Assembly (NCBI GenBank): GCA_963660905.1
Contig: CAVKZJ010000005.1
Span: 19,081 to 83,080, forward strand
Length of the DNA stretch: 64,000 nucleotides
Direction: 5' to 3'
DNA from: a bacterium
GTDB lineage: Bacteria; Bacillota_I; Bacilli_A; RFN20; CAG-288
Under the pieces are notes generated by a model, which was given only the letters and a program-made list of their open reading frames with translations, did not search any database and was not told the origin of the DNA. Position 1 is the stretch's first letter. Every line of letters begins with the position of its first letter. The position numbers and the translations under genes were made by a program. This document shows positions 7,522 to 16,705 of the stretch, in pieces.

Positions 7522-10500
7522 TTAAATCTTTATCGTGATGGCAGGGCGGACAGAAACGCCTGTTTTATTCACCTGCGTGGAATAGAATTTTCCATCCTCA
7601 CCAATGGTATGAATTGTCTGCGATACCGTATCTCTTGTGGAACGTGTCCAGTAATGACCATAATTATTGGCACTGCCCGAATAAGCTCCATTTGCCCTTG
7701 CATAGTCTGTCGTCTTTGCGCATCGTGAGAGATTACTAGCAAAATAAGATTCATTTTTATAGTCCTGATAGCTGAGAAGATAGGCCTTGTCATTTGTATT
7801 TTCATTGGAATAGGATGCAGCGATCTGCAGCGAGGTTGTCGCTGCACTATTATCGACCAGAGTCTTCTGAATATACAATGAATTCAAGTAGAATGCAGAG
7901 TTATAGAATTCATAAATCAAAAACGAATGAATGTCCGATGTCTTGTAACAATACAAAGAAGGATCATAAGCAAAAGCATCCAATAAAAGAGACGAGACAA
8001 GAGAATATTCTCCGTTTCCTGATGAAAGGATCTTCCATTCAATCGGTTCGCACTTGAACCAAGCAGTGATGTTTTTTACGATTTTCTCTCCATCGTCATA
8101 GGTATAAGTGGATTCATAAGGAGAGACAACCTTCTTTACATAATAGGAGCCATCAAAAAGAAAATAGCCATTGTCTTCCGTGCTGGTTGAAAGTTCATTC
8201 AAAGATGAAATCAGATTCTTATCTGATACATGACTCTGTGGATATAGCCCATAGGAAATTGTCTTGTCCTTGTTATCTATGATTGGAATGATTCCGAGAT
8301 CAGCGTCCTTTTGAGTGACAAAGAATGCTTTCAGATTCAATGATGCGGAATGATTCTTTGAAGAAAGCGAATAGGAATCGATCTTCCATCCATTGAAGAC
8401 ATAGCCATCCTTTTTCGCATCATTCTGCACATATGGATTTGCCTTCTTGATCTGTTCATTCTTTTTCGATGCAGTTCCCCCATCATGATCATAACTGATA
8501 TCGATTGTTCCACCGATATTATAGATAGAATCAATTCCGGTTTCATAATCTGAGTTGTCAAAAGCAATTCCAGCGTTATACATCGCCAGAAGATTCTGAT
8601 TGTCACCAAAATTTCCATTTTTCTCTATCAGTGAATAGGCTTGATTGTATTCCTTATCATCGAGATGCTTTTGAATATCAGATTGTCTCATGCTCGGAAG
8701 AAAAAGACTGAATGTCAGAATCAATAAAGCAGCAACAAGAAGAAGGAAGAAACCGACAATAATGAAAGTTCTCTTTTTCCTTCCCTTCTTTCTTTTCTGC
8801 TGTCGAAGGATTTTCTTATTCTGAATCTCTCTTCTTTTTTTGCATTCTTCCATTTGTTCTGTGGAATCCTTATAGGAAGGAATCTCCGAAAAGAGGGAAA
8901 TCGCATAGGAATATTTCCCATTTTTCACATAAGAGACAGCCTGATCATAAATCGCCTCGGTGCACTCCTTCATTTTCTTCTTGGAGTCAAAATACATTTC
9001 CACTTCCTTGAAGAGAATGAGGGCTTCCTTATATCTCTTCTGGCTCATCTTTCCACAGGCGTCATTATATTTCTCTTTCTGAGCTAGACCTTTCAGGAGA
9101 GTAATCTGATCCCTGGAATTCTTGTAGTCGATAATTTGTTCGAATGTGGAAATCGCTAAGGAATACTGCTTGGAATTCTTATAGGAAAGAGCTTTTTGAT
9201 AAAGCGTCTCCATTCTCATCTGCTGGGAGCAGAAATTGATCTGAGATGAAGCATCCTTATAGGTTTTGATTTTCTCGAAAAGTTCGATGGCTTCCTTATA
9301 TTTTCCCTTCTCTTTCATTTCCAAGGCGTCATTGTAGACCATTTCATTATTCTGTCTTCTGCAGATGATAATCTGGGAAAGAGAATCCTTGTAGTCCTTG
9401 ATCTGCTCAAAAATGGCGATGGCATCGAAATATTGCCTGATTCTTTTTAAGGAGATTCCTTTTTGATAAAGTTCTTCTTTTCCTTGAAGGATTTTGCATT
9501 CCTCTGCCTGCTTATCTGCATCGCGATAGCCGGAAATCTTCATGAAGGCCAGATAGGCATCCTGATATCTTTTCACATTCCTCAGATTCGTGGCCGAGGC
9601 ATAGAGACGGGCATTGAGGACTTTTGTTTCCTCTTCCTTCCTTTTGAGATTTTCATTGATGGATAAAAGCAGGTTTTTCGTTTTCTCGTCAGAGGATTCA
9701 CAGGCATGGATGAAATTTAGATTCTTCTCTAGACTTTCAGAGAGATTCTGTAAGTCCTCGATTTTTTTGCATTTATAGTCAGAAAGAAGAGAAAGAACAT
9801 AAAGCCTTGGATTCTCTGGATCATGGAGAGCAATTTTCGATAACAGTTTCTCTGCTTCCTCAAATTTTCCATCCGCTATGTCGATCTCTGCTTTCTTCAA
9901 GGACGCCTCCACGTCAAAAACAGCCTGCTGACCTTCTAAGCCAAGATCAAGACGCAAGCCATAATGTCTCATGCCAAGGAAAAGAATCCTTCCGGCCTCC
10001 ATTAAGGAACGGGATGTCTTTTTTGCCACATCATAGACAAGGGAGCTGAACTCATCGAGTCGCAAGGCATCGTCATTGTATTGTCTTTGTTCCGAGAACT
10101 GATCCCAGATATTTTCAAAGGAGAGAAAGATATCGTAAAGTTCTCTCTGTTCCTTTTTCTGAAGGACAAGAGGAATCTTTCCATTGAGTTTCGAATAGGC
10201 ATTCTTCTTATCTCGGTTGGAGGGTGGAATTCTTACCCATTCACTTTTTTTCTTAGTGAGCGCAAGGTTGATTTCCTCATCCGATGACTCTTTTTTCACC
10301 TCGAGATATTCATAAAGGTCATGACATCTCAAAATCGTCAAATACTGTTTGATATCCTCAAAGAAATTAAAAGCATCCTCTCTAGGATAAAGAGAGTCGA
10401 TTTCATCCTGATCAAGAACCCAAAAGCCTTTCTTCTTGATTTCCTTTATCAACTCATCCGATGTGAAAACTTTTTCCCTGGCAATCTGGTTTGCCGGAGA

Positions 10501-10863
10501 ATCAATGGTCTTCTCGACAAGAGAAAAAAGAACAATCTTCGTCTGCTTGGATTCATCATCCAATCTTTTGATATGTTTCTTCAACAAAAGTTTCTTCAGC
10601 CGGTCAAGTTCTTTTTTCCGTCCACCCTTATTGGGAACGTAGAGGTCCTTCTTTGCATCGTATAAGGCATCATGGATCATGATTTCCTCGGCGTCATTTT
10701 TCAGTTCCCTTGCCAAGCGTGGGTTCTTCGGATTCGTATCACTCGCCTTCTTCTTGATGATTGCAGCGATCGCATCCGGATCATTTTCGGAGGGTTTGAT
10801 CTGGTAATAGAAAAAATAATTATATTTCAGATCATTGAGTTCTTCTTTGATTCTCTGTTTCAT
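7522..10863 (-). CDS. Large bitopic membrane protein of unknown function: a cytoplasmic N-terminal region of about 700 aa with repeats, one TM helix, and extracellular Listeria-Bacteroides-repeat-like and DUF6273-like parts.
   Basis: RQQKRKKGRKKR is followed by the TM segment TFIIVGFFLLLVAALLILTFSLFL (about 8698..8766). Outside lie DHDGGT...GYVFNGWKI and then WFKCEPIEWKIL...AYLLSYQDY...DYARANGAY...HYWTRS...VSVRPAITIKI. ATG 10863 (MKQRIKEE) has a GGAGG just upstream. Confidence 0.75.
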   Translation of the reverse strand: MKQRIKEELNDLKYNYFFYYQIKPSENDPDAIAAIIKKKASDTNPKNPRLARELKNDAEEIMIHDALYDAKKDLYVPNKGGRKKELDRLKKLLLKKHIKRLDDESKQTKIVLFSLVEKTIDSPANQIAREKVFTSDELIKEIKKKGFWVLDQDEIDSLYPREDAFNFFEDIKQYLTILRCHDLYEYLEVKKESSDEEINLALTKKKSEWVRIPPSNRDKKNAYSKLNGKIPLVLQKKEQRELYDIFLSFENIWDQFSEQRQYNDDALRLDEFSSLVYDVAKKTSRSLMEAGRILFLGMRHYGLRLDLGLEGQQAVFDVEASLKKAEIDIADGKFEEAEKLLSKIALHDPENPRLYVLSLLSDYKCKKIEDLQNLSESLEKNLNFIHACESSDEKTKNLLLSINENLKRKEEETKVLNARLYASATNLRNVKRYQDAYLAFMKISGYRDADKQAEECKILQGKEELYQKGISLKRIRQYFDAIAIFEQIKDYKDSLSQIIICRRQNNEMVYNDALEMKEKGKYKEAIELFEKIKTYKDASSQINFCSQQMRMETLYQKALSYKNSKQYSLAISTFEQIIDYKNSRDQITLLKGLAQKEKYNDACGKMSQKRYKEALILFKEVEMYFDSKKKMKECTEAIYDQAVSYVKNGKYSYAISLFSEIPSYKDSTEQMEECKKRREIQNKKILRQQKRKKGRKKRTFIIVGFFLLLVAALLILTFSLFLPSMRQSDIQKHLDDKEYNQAYSLIEKNGNFGDNQNLLAMYNAGIAFDNSDYETGIDSIYNIGGTIDISYDHDGGTASKKNEQIKKANPYVQNDAKKDGYVFNGWKIDSYSLSSKNHSASLNLKAFFVTQKDADLGIIPIIDNKDKTISYGLYPQSHVSDKNLISSLNELSTSTEDNGYFLFDGSYYVKKVVSPYESTYTYDDGEKIVKNITAWFKCEPIEWKILSSGNGEYSLVSSLLLDAFAYDPSLYCYKTSDIHSFLIYEFYNSAFYLNSLYIQKTLVDNSAATTSLQIAASYSNENTNDKAYLLSYQDYKNESYFASNLSRCAKTTDYARANGAYSGSANNYGHYWTRSTRDTVSQTIHTIGEDGKFYSTQVNKTGVSVRPAITIKI
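8833..9609 (-). repeat. Six tandem protein repeats of about 44 aa (helical, TPR/Sel1-like appearance) inside the large protein.
   Basis: The recurring pattern is LYxxAxxxxxxxxYxxAIxxFExIxxYKDSxxQxxxC. Examples are ...IFEQIKDYKDSLSQ, ...LFEKIKTYKDASSQ, ...TFEQIIDYKNSRDQ and ...LFSEIPSYKDSTEQ. Confidence 0.8.
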
Positions 10864-10886
10864 ATCCCCTCCTTTCATCTATAAAA

Positions 10887-11528
10887 TCATTTCTCAATTG
10901 TCTTAGAATAAATCAAAATCTTCTCAATATGAGGATACTTCATGACTATTTCCTGATAGATTTTCTTTGTATCCTTCTTCTTGATATTCTGAAATCCGGA
11001 GTCCTTGTATCTTGTCAGAACTTCCTTGACGAAGTCCTTGGATGCGGAATGCATCATGGCTTTCTTTTCAATCGAAAGAAAGTAGGCCAAAGGCATCTCA
11101 CGGGAGAACGCCTTCCCATTATACACCCTTGATGCCGAGATCATGTCGCAGCACATCTCCAAGACGTACTGGTAGGGGATCGGCTTTAAGACAACATCCC
11201 CGCTTGTCACATCCACCCAATATTCGAAATGATGCCGATTTCTTCTTGTATGATAGATGAAGACGGTCGAATAGCCTCCCTCCGCTCTTCTCTCCTCTCC
11301 GATAGGTGATTTCTTTCCTGTGCAGTATTTGGCACTCGGAAGAAATTCACTCGGCCTATATTTCGAGAGATCATGAAGAAGTCCGCGGAGGAAAATGCCA
11401 CATTTTGCACAATTGAGAAAAACGAAAAAACGATGACGATTCACCACATGAAGATGTTTGAGAATATGATATTTTGCCATACGATGTATTATTGTTTTTC
11501 TTTGTCGATATTTCAAGTGATTTTCCAT
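10887..11528 (-). CDS. DUF5662-like HD-type protein (a family often mislabelled catalase).
   Basis: It has LLHDLSKYRPSEF, HHFEYW and KPIPYQYVLEMCCD. It ends 24 nt before the start of the large protein on the same strand. Confidence 0.6.
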   Translation of the reverse strand: MENHLKYRQRKTIIHRMAKYHILKHLHVVNRHRFFVFLNCAKCGIFLRGLLHDLSKYRPSEFLPSAKYCTGKKSPIGEERRAEGGYSTVFIYHTRRNRHHFEYWVDVTSGDVVLKPIPYQYVLEMCCDMISASRVYNGKAFSREMPLAYFLSIEKKAMMHSASKDFVKEVLTRYKDSGFQNIKKKDTKKIYQEIVMKYPHIEKILIYSKTIEK

Positions 11529-11583
11529 CCAAATCGAAAAGTTAGTGGGTTATAATAGTAGGGTTATAGGAGGATATCAATCA

Positions 11584-13488
11584 ATGAGCGAAGAAATCAG
11601 AATACAGGACGATTTATATCAGGCCGTCAATGGAAAATGGCTGGAAACCGCCGTCATCCCATCCGACAGGCCTTCCACCGGCGGATTTGTCCAACTCGAC
11701 GAAGATGTCGAAAAGAAAATGATGAGCGATCTAAAGAAAATGGCCATAGGAGAAATCTCAAGCGAGATTCCTGCCTTGCAGGATGCCGTCATGCTTTACC
11801 AGAAAGTGATGGATGCCAAAAAGAGAAACGATGAAGGAATCGCACCGCTTCTTCCTGCTCTTGAAAATATTAGGAACATCAAGACTGTCAAGGACCTCAA
11901 CAGACACGCCAAGGAACTCGCCTTGCTGAATGTTGACCTTCCCTTCAATTTCGGTGTCGAACCGGATATGAAGAATGCCACAAAACATTCCTTTGTCATC
12001 TTAGGTCCTAGCATCATCCTTCCCGATACCACCTACTATGATGAAAAGAATCCGGCCAAGGAAAAACTTCTTTCCGTCTATTCAGATATGGTCAAGAAGG
12101 CTTTATCCTATACCCCATTAAGCAAGGAAGAACAGGATGCCTATCTAGAGGACACACTTAAGTTTGACGAACTTGTCGCCAAGAAAGTGAAAAGCCAAGT
12201 CGAATGGGCAGACTATGTGAATAACTACAACCCGATGAAAACAAGAGAAGTCGCTTCTTTCCTACTTCCTTTTGATTTCATTTCTTTCTTAAAGGATATC
12301 TATCAGGAAAATATCCCAGAAGAAGTCATCGTATACGATCCAAAAGCCATCAAGGAGATGAGCGGATATTTCAATGAAGAGACATTCCCTCTTTATATCC
12401 ATTGGGCATATGTGAATTTCCTGCTTCGTTCTTTGAAATACACCTCCGAGGAACTCTCCTCTCTTTCCAATACGTATAAGAGAGCACTTCGAGGCATCGA
12501 GAAAGACCCTGACCTGGAAAAGAGTGCCTACCATCTTGCCTCAAATATGTTCTCCGAGCCGATCGGTGTCTATTATGGAAGAACCTACTTTGGCGAAGAG
12601 GCCAAGAAGGACGTCGTCTCGCTTGTGAAGAAAATCATCTCGACCTATAAGGAAAAGATGAGAAACAATACGTTCCTGGAAGAAAAAACAAAGGAAAAAG
12701 CCATCCTCAAGTTGGATACCATCGTCATCAAGATGGGCTACCCTGACAAGATCGATGATTTCTATCTCCGTTTGAAAGTCGATAAGGATGCAAGTCTCTA
12801 CAAGACGATGGAAAGCCTCAACCAAGAAAAGATTCTCCACAACCTTCAGGAACTGAATGAAGAAGTCGACCGTTCCAAATGGGGCATGCCCGGACATATG
12901 GTCAACGCATGCTATAACCCGACAAGCAATGACATCACCTTCCCAGCTGCGATTCTGCAGAAGCCGTTCTATTCCCTCTCCCAATCTGTCAGTGAGAATC
13001 TCGGTGGCATCGGTGCTGTCATCGGCCATGAGATTTCCCATGCCTTTGACAACAATGGCGCCCAATTCGATGAAAAGGGAAATCTGAACAATTGGTGGAG
13101 TAAGAAGGATTATGAAGCCTTCCAGGCACTGACAAAGAAGATGATTGAAGAATGGGACAAGATTCCATTCCATGGCGGAGAAGTCAATGGCGAACTGATC
13201 GTCAGCGAAAATATCGCCGATAATGGCGGAATGTCCGTCACTTTGAGCATCATGAAGACGCTCAAGGAAAAAGACTATCAGGCCTATTTCAAGAACTGGG
13301 CCAGAATCTGGTGCATGAAGGCCAAGAAGGAATATACCCTTCTCCTTTTGGCCAGCGATGTCCACGCCCCCTGTGAATTGAGAGCCAATATCCAGCCCCG
13401 AAACTTCCCCGAGTGGTATGAGGCTTTCTGTGTGAATGAAAAAGACAAGATGTATCTTCCCGAGGAAAAGAGAGTCGTCATCTGGTAG
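11584..13488 (+). CDS. pepO: M13 family neutral endopeptidase.
   Basis: It has HEISHAFD (HExxH) and ENIADNGG, and ends with W. ATG 11584 has GGAGG 10 nt upstream and is preferred over the GTG at 11545. Confidence 0.88.
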   Translation: MSEEIRIQDDLYQAVNGKWLETAVIPSDRPSTGGFVQLDEDVEKKMMSDLKKMAIGEISSEIPALQDAVMLYQKVMDAKKRNDEGIAPLLPALENIRNIKTVKDLNRHAKELALLNVDLPFNFGVEPDMKNATKHSFVILGPSIILPDTTYYDEKNPAKEKLLSVYSDMVKKALSYTPLSKEEQDAYLEDTLKFDELVAKKVKSQVEWADYVNNYNPMKTREVASFLLPFDFISFLKDIYQENIPEEVIVYDPKAIKEMSGYFNEETFPLYIHWAYVNFLLRSLKYTSEELSSLSNTYKRALRGIEKDPDLEKSAYHLASNMFSEPIGVYYGRTYFGEEAKKDVVSLVKKIISTYKEKMRNNTFLEEKTKEKAILKLDTIVIKMGYPDKIDDFYLRLKVDKDASLYKTMESLNQEKILHNLQELNEEVDRSKWGMPGHMVNACYNPTSNDITFPAAILQKPFYSLSQSVSENLGGIGAVIGHEISHAFDNNGAQFDEKGNLNNWWSKKDYEAFQALTKKMIEEWDKIPFHGGEVNGELIVSENIADNGGMSVTLSIMKTLKEKDYQAYFKNWARIWCMKAKKEYTLLLLASDVHAPCELRANIQPRNFPEWYEAFCVNEKDKMYLPEEKRVVIW

Positions 13489-13499
13489 AGGAGAAAACA

Positions 13500-14126
13500 A
13501 TGAACTGGAAATATATCAAGGCAGAAAAGGAAACAGATCACAAATTTCTGAATTTCTATACGCTGCACTATGAAGTGACAAAGGATGATGGAACCAAAAA
13601 GAATACCCAATACTTCCTCGCCTCAAGAAATCTCAGCAAAGAAGATCTTCGCATCCAGAAGCAGGACTTCAAGAGAGCGGATGCCGTCTTGATCGGCGCC
13701 TATCTCTATCTGAATGACAAACCCTATCTTCTTCTGGAAAAACAGTTCCGACAGGCACTCAACCATGAAGTCATCTCCTTCCCAGCCGGACTCTGCGACG
13801 AGGAAGACAAAGATATCGTTTCTTCCGCCAGAAGGGAACTCAAGGAAGAGACCGGATACGATGCCGATGAAATCAGCCTTCTTCTTCCGCCCTCGCCGAC
13901 AAGCGAAGGTCTCTCGGATGAATGCAATGCGGTCGTCCTAGCCCATCTCTCCACAAAGGGAAAAGAAAACAAGGAAGAATTCGAAGATATCTCCGCAAAG
14001 CTCTATTCTCTCGAAGAAGTCGAAGACCTGTTGAATGACGAAGAGAACATCTTCTCGAATTCGGCAAGGCTTCTCATTCTCTACCTGATGGAGAAATTTC
14101 ATTACGTAAGCAACAAAAAGAGGTAA
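13500..14126 (+). CDS. Nudix hydrolase (ADP-ribose pyrophosphatase-like).
   Basis: The Nudix box is GLCDEEDKDIVSSARRELKEETGY. Confidence 0.8.
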   Translation: MNWKYIKAEKETDHKFLNFYTLHYEVTKDDGTKKNTQYFLASRNLSKEDLRIQKQDFKRADAVLIGAYLYLNDKPYLLLEKQFRQALNHEVISFPAGLCDEEDKDIVSSARRELKEETGYDADEISLLLPPSPTSEGLSDECNAVVLAHLSTKGKENKEEFEDISAKLYSLEEVEDLLNDEENIFSNSARLLILYLMEKFHYVSNKKR

Positions 14127-14130
14127 AAAT

Positions 14131-15591
14131 ATGGCATGCACAACAATTTTAGTCGGCAAGAAGGCAAGCTATGACGGCTCCACGCTCGTCGCAAGAAACG
14201 ATGATTCCCCAACTGGCATCTTTCACGTCAAAAAGATGAGCATTCTTTCCGCTGCGAACAGGAAAAATCCCTATGTCTCGACTCTTTCCCATGTGAAGAT
14301 CGACCTTCCCAAGGATGTGCTTCGCTGCACCATCATGCCCAATGTCGATCCAAGCGAAGGCATCTGGGGTGCGGCTGGAATCAATGAAGAAAACGTCTCC
14401 ATGACAGCCACCGAAACCATCACGAGCAATCCGAGAGTCTTAGGGGCCGATCCCTATGTCCGATATATTCCAAAGAAGGGCAAAGAGAAAGAAATCCCTG
14501 GAGGAATCGGAGAGGAAGACCTCCTTGTCCTTGTTCTACCCTATATCCATTCGGCAAGAGAAGGCGTCCTTCGCTTAGGTTCCCTTTTGGAGAAATACGG
14601 AACCTATGAGCCCAACGGAATCGCCTTTTCCGACAAGGATGAAATCTGGTGGCTGGAATCCATCGGCGGGCATCACTGGATTGCCATCAAAGTCCCCGAT
14701 GACGAATATGTCGTCATGCCAAACCAGTTCGGTCTTGATCATTTTTCCTTTGAGGATGCCTATAACGAAAAGAAAGAGAATCTCTGTTCGGCGGACTTAA
14801 AGGAATTCGTCGAAAAGAATCATCTTTCCTTGACGCAGGATGGAAGTTTCAATCCACGTCTGGCATTTGGATCCCATGATGATTCCGATCACACCTACAA
14901 TACGCCCCGTGCCTGGTATATGCTTCGCTACTTCAACCCGAGAACCTGCAAATGGGATGGTGAAGACGCTAAATATACCCCTGTAAGCGATGACCTACCT
15001 TTCTCCATGGTTCCGGAAAGAAAAATCACGGTTGAAGAAGTCAAATACATCCTTTCAAGCCACTACCAGGGAACACCTTATGATCCATATCTTCGATTCG
15101 GAAATATCGAGATGAAAGGAGCCTATCGTCCCATCGGCATCTCAAGAACGGCCTTTATGTCGATTGCCCAGATCCGTGGCTATCTGCCAAAGCCAGTCCA
15201 GGCTGTCGAATGGGTCTGCTTTGGATCGAATGTTTTCAACAGCATCGTTCCTCTCTATGCCAATGTAAATAAAATTCCTGCTTATTTTTCCAATACGACG
15301 ATGAATGTCTCCACAGATAATTTCTATTGGGCAAGCCGACTTTTAGGTGCTCTTGCCGATAGTCATTTCAATGTCTGCAACATCCATATCGAACGATATC
15401 AGAATGCCTTGATGAACCAAGGACATCTCTTCCTCAACAAGAACGATTCCCTTGTCGAAGCAAGTGACCTGGAAAAAGCGAATGAAAAGATGGCCATCAT
15501 CGCAAAGAAGGAAACCGACAAAGCACTCAACAATGTCCTTTATGAAGCAAGCTGCCATATGAAAAACGGCTATTCAAGATCGGACAATTAA
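14131..15591 (+). CDS. pepD: C69 family dipeptidase.
   Basis: The N-terminus is MACTTILVGKKASYDGSTLVARNDD, with the nucleophile Cys at position 3. The protein is 486 aa. Confidence 0.82.
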   Translation: MACTTILVGKKASYDGSTLVARNDDSPTGIFHVKKMSILSAANRKNPYVSTLSHVKIDLPKDVLRCTIMPNVDPSEGIWGAAGINEENVSMTATETITSNPRVLGADPYVRYIPKKGKEKEIPGGIGEEDLLVLVLPYIHSAREGVLRLGSLLEKYGTYEPNGIAFSDKDEIWWLESIGGHHWIAIKVPDDEYVVMPNQFGLDHFSFEDAYNEKKENLCSADLKEFVEKNHLSLTQDGSFNPRLAFGSHDDSDHTYNTPRAWYMLRYFNPRTCKWDGEDAKYTPVSDDLPFSMVPERKITVEEVKYILSSHYQGTPYDPYLRFGNIEMKGAYRPIGISRTAFMSIAQIRGYLPKPVQAVEWVCFGSNVFNSIVPLYANVNKIPAYFSNTTMNVSTDNFYWASRLLGALADSHFNVCNIHIERYQNALMNQGHLFLNKNDSLVEASDLEKANEKMAIIAKKETDKALNNVLYEASCHMKNGYSRSDN

Positions 15592-15599
15592 TAACCAAG

Positions 15600-15634
15600 A
15601 AGGTCATCCAAGGCTCTTAGGATGACCTTTTTCT
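15600..15634 (+). terminator. Intrinsic terminator after the dipeptidase gene.
   Basis: AAGGTCATCC, a 10-nt loop, then GGATGACCTT followed by TTTC. Confidence 0.7.
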
Positions 15635-15825
15635 ATTCCTCTTTATGATTCTATATACTGATAGGAGATAACAAGACTTGATTGTCCAATAACACAGTTC
15701 TAATCTGGTCTGAAAGCAGAAACAATCTCATTTTTTCTAGGTCCTAATGAAGGTATTTTTCAATTGAAACATTTCCACATTATTTCATAGGGTTTTAAGG
15801 AATCATGAAATATCAGGATAAAAAA

Positions 15826-15867
15826 ACTCTCCATCCATTCCCATTGAGAGAAAATCTTATGGAGAGT
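15826..15867 (-). terminator. Terminator-like hairpin after plsC.
   Basis: ACTCTCCAT (15826..15834) pairs with ATGGAGAGT (15859..15867), flanked by A and T runs. The 24-nt loop is large. Confidence 0.4.
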
Positions 15868-15885
15868 CTTTTTTGTATATACGAT

Positions 15886-16704
15886 TTAGATTGTCTTATT
15901 ATTCTTGGAATACTGAACCTTCTTGGCTTTCTTTTCAGAATAATGATTCAGTTTCATGATGAGCGAAAGATCTTTTTCCTTTTGGATAGCCAAAGCTTCC
16001 TTGACTCGATCTTCGGCAATCTTGGCAATCTGTCCCGTTGTCATCTTCTCATATTCCTCGGGAAGGATCGGTTTGCAGAACGTCACCTGGATCGGATATT
16101 TATGGAAATGATAATGCTGATCGAGTGTTCTTTCATTCAGCCAAGTCGCAACCGGAATGATGGGAAGATCAAGACGGGTGGCAATCTTGAAGGAACCGCC
16201 CTTGAAATCCGCCATCTTGAATTCCGGGCCTTTGGATCTGGTCCCTTCCGGAAAGACGACATAGGAAAGATCCTTTTCCTTTGATAGAAGATTCTGGATT
16301 TCATGGAAGACCTTGATTTCGCTTCTCAGGTCTTCCCTATCGATGAAGGCCCCATCGATGGAGGAAAGAATGTTGCCGATAAAAGGCATCTTGAGAATCT
16401 GCTTCTTTCCCAAGAAGGAAATCGGACGATCCGAGAAACCTAAGAAGAGAATCGGATCGGCATTGGAGACATGGTTGGAGACGAATAGGACCTGACCAGG
16501 AACCTGATCGAGATATTCCTTTCCTTCAAAGATGAATTCCGCCTTAAAGCATTTGCGACAGATTTTCCTTGCCAGCCGATTGGCATATTCGCATCTTTCC
16601 TTGATTGGATATTTTTCCTTGTGCTTATTGAATTTCTTGCAGCGGTGCGATCCGATAACCAAAGAAGGTCCACCAGTCAGTACCAAACGAATCCATTTGA
16701 TCAT
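15886..16704 (-). CDS. plsC: 1-acyl-sn-glycerol-3-phosphate acyltransferase.
   Basis: It has NHVSNADP (HX4D) and FPEGTRS. ATG 16704 (MIKWIRL) sits one nt after the pullulanase stop, in TGATATG. Confidence 0.8.
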   Translation of the reverse strand: MIKWIRLVLTGGPSLVIGSHRCKKFNKHKEKYPIKERCEYANRLARKICRKCFKAEFIFEGKEYLDQVPGQVLFVSNHVSNADPILFLGFSDRPISFLGKKQILKMPFIGNILSSIDGAFIDREDLRSEIKVFHEIQNLLSKEKDLSYVVFPEGTRSKGPEFKMADFKGGSFKIATRLDLPIIPVATWLNERTLDQHYHFHKYPIQVTFCKPILPEEYEKMTTGQIAKIAEDRVKEALAIQKEKDLSLIMKLNHYSEKKAKKVQYSKNNKTI

Positions 16705-16705
16705 A

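Noticed and set aside
12541-13500. Long antisense ORFs. Examples are this 319-aa one, 41799..43001 (400 aa), 16532..17677 (381 aa), 59562..60608 (348 aa), 55007..55912 (301 aa), 3704..4579 and 45099..45950.
   Set aside because: Each lies fully opposite a gene with clear family motifs and in the codon-aligned antisense frame. The translations are low-complexity, no SD precedes them and no motifs are present. They are best explained by avoidance of TTA/CTA/TCA in the sense genes.
15758-15769. The 12-bp perfect palindrome TTTCAATTGAAA and the nearby inverted repeat TATTTCAT/ATGAAATA, between the convergent dipeptidase and plsC genes.
   Set aside because: These are short AT-rich palindromes in a convergent terminator zone, expected by chance. 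There is no adjacent promoter or gene to regulate.
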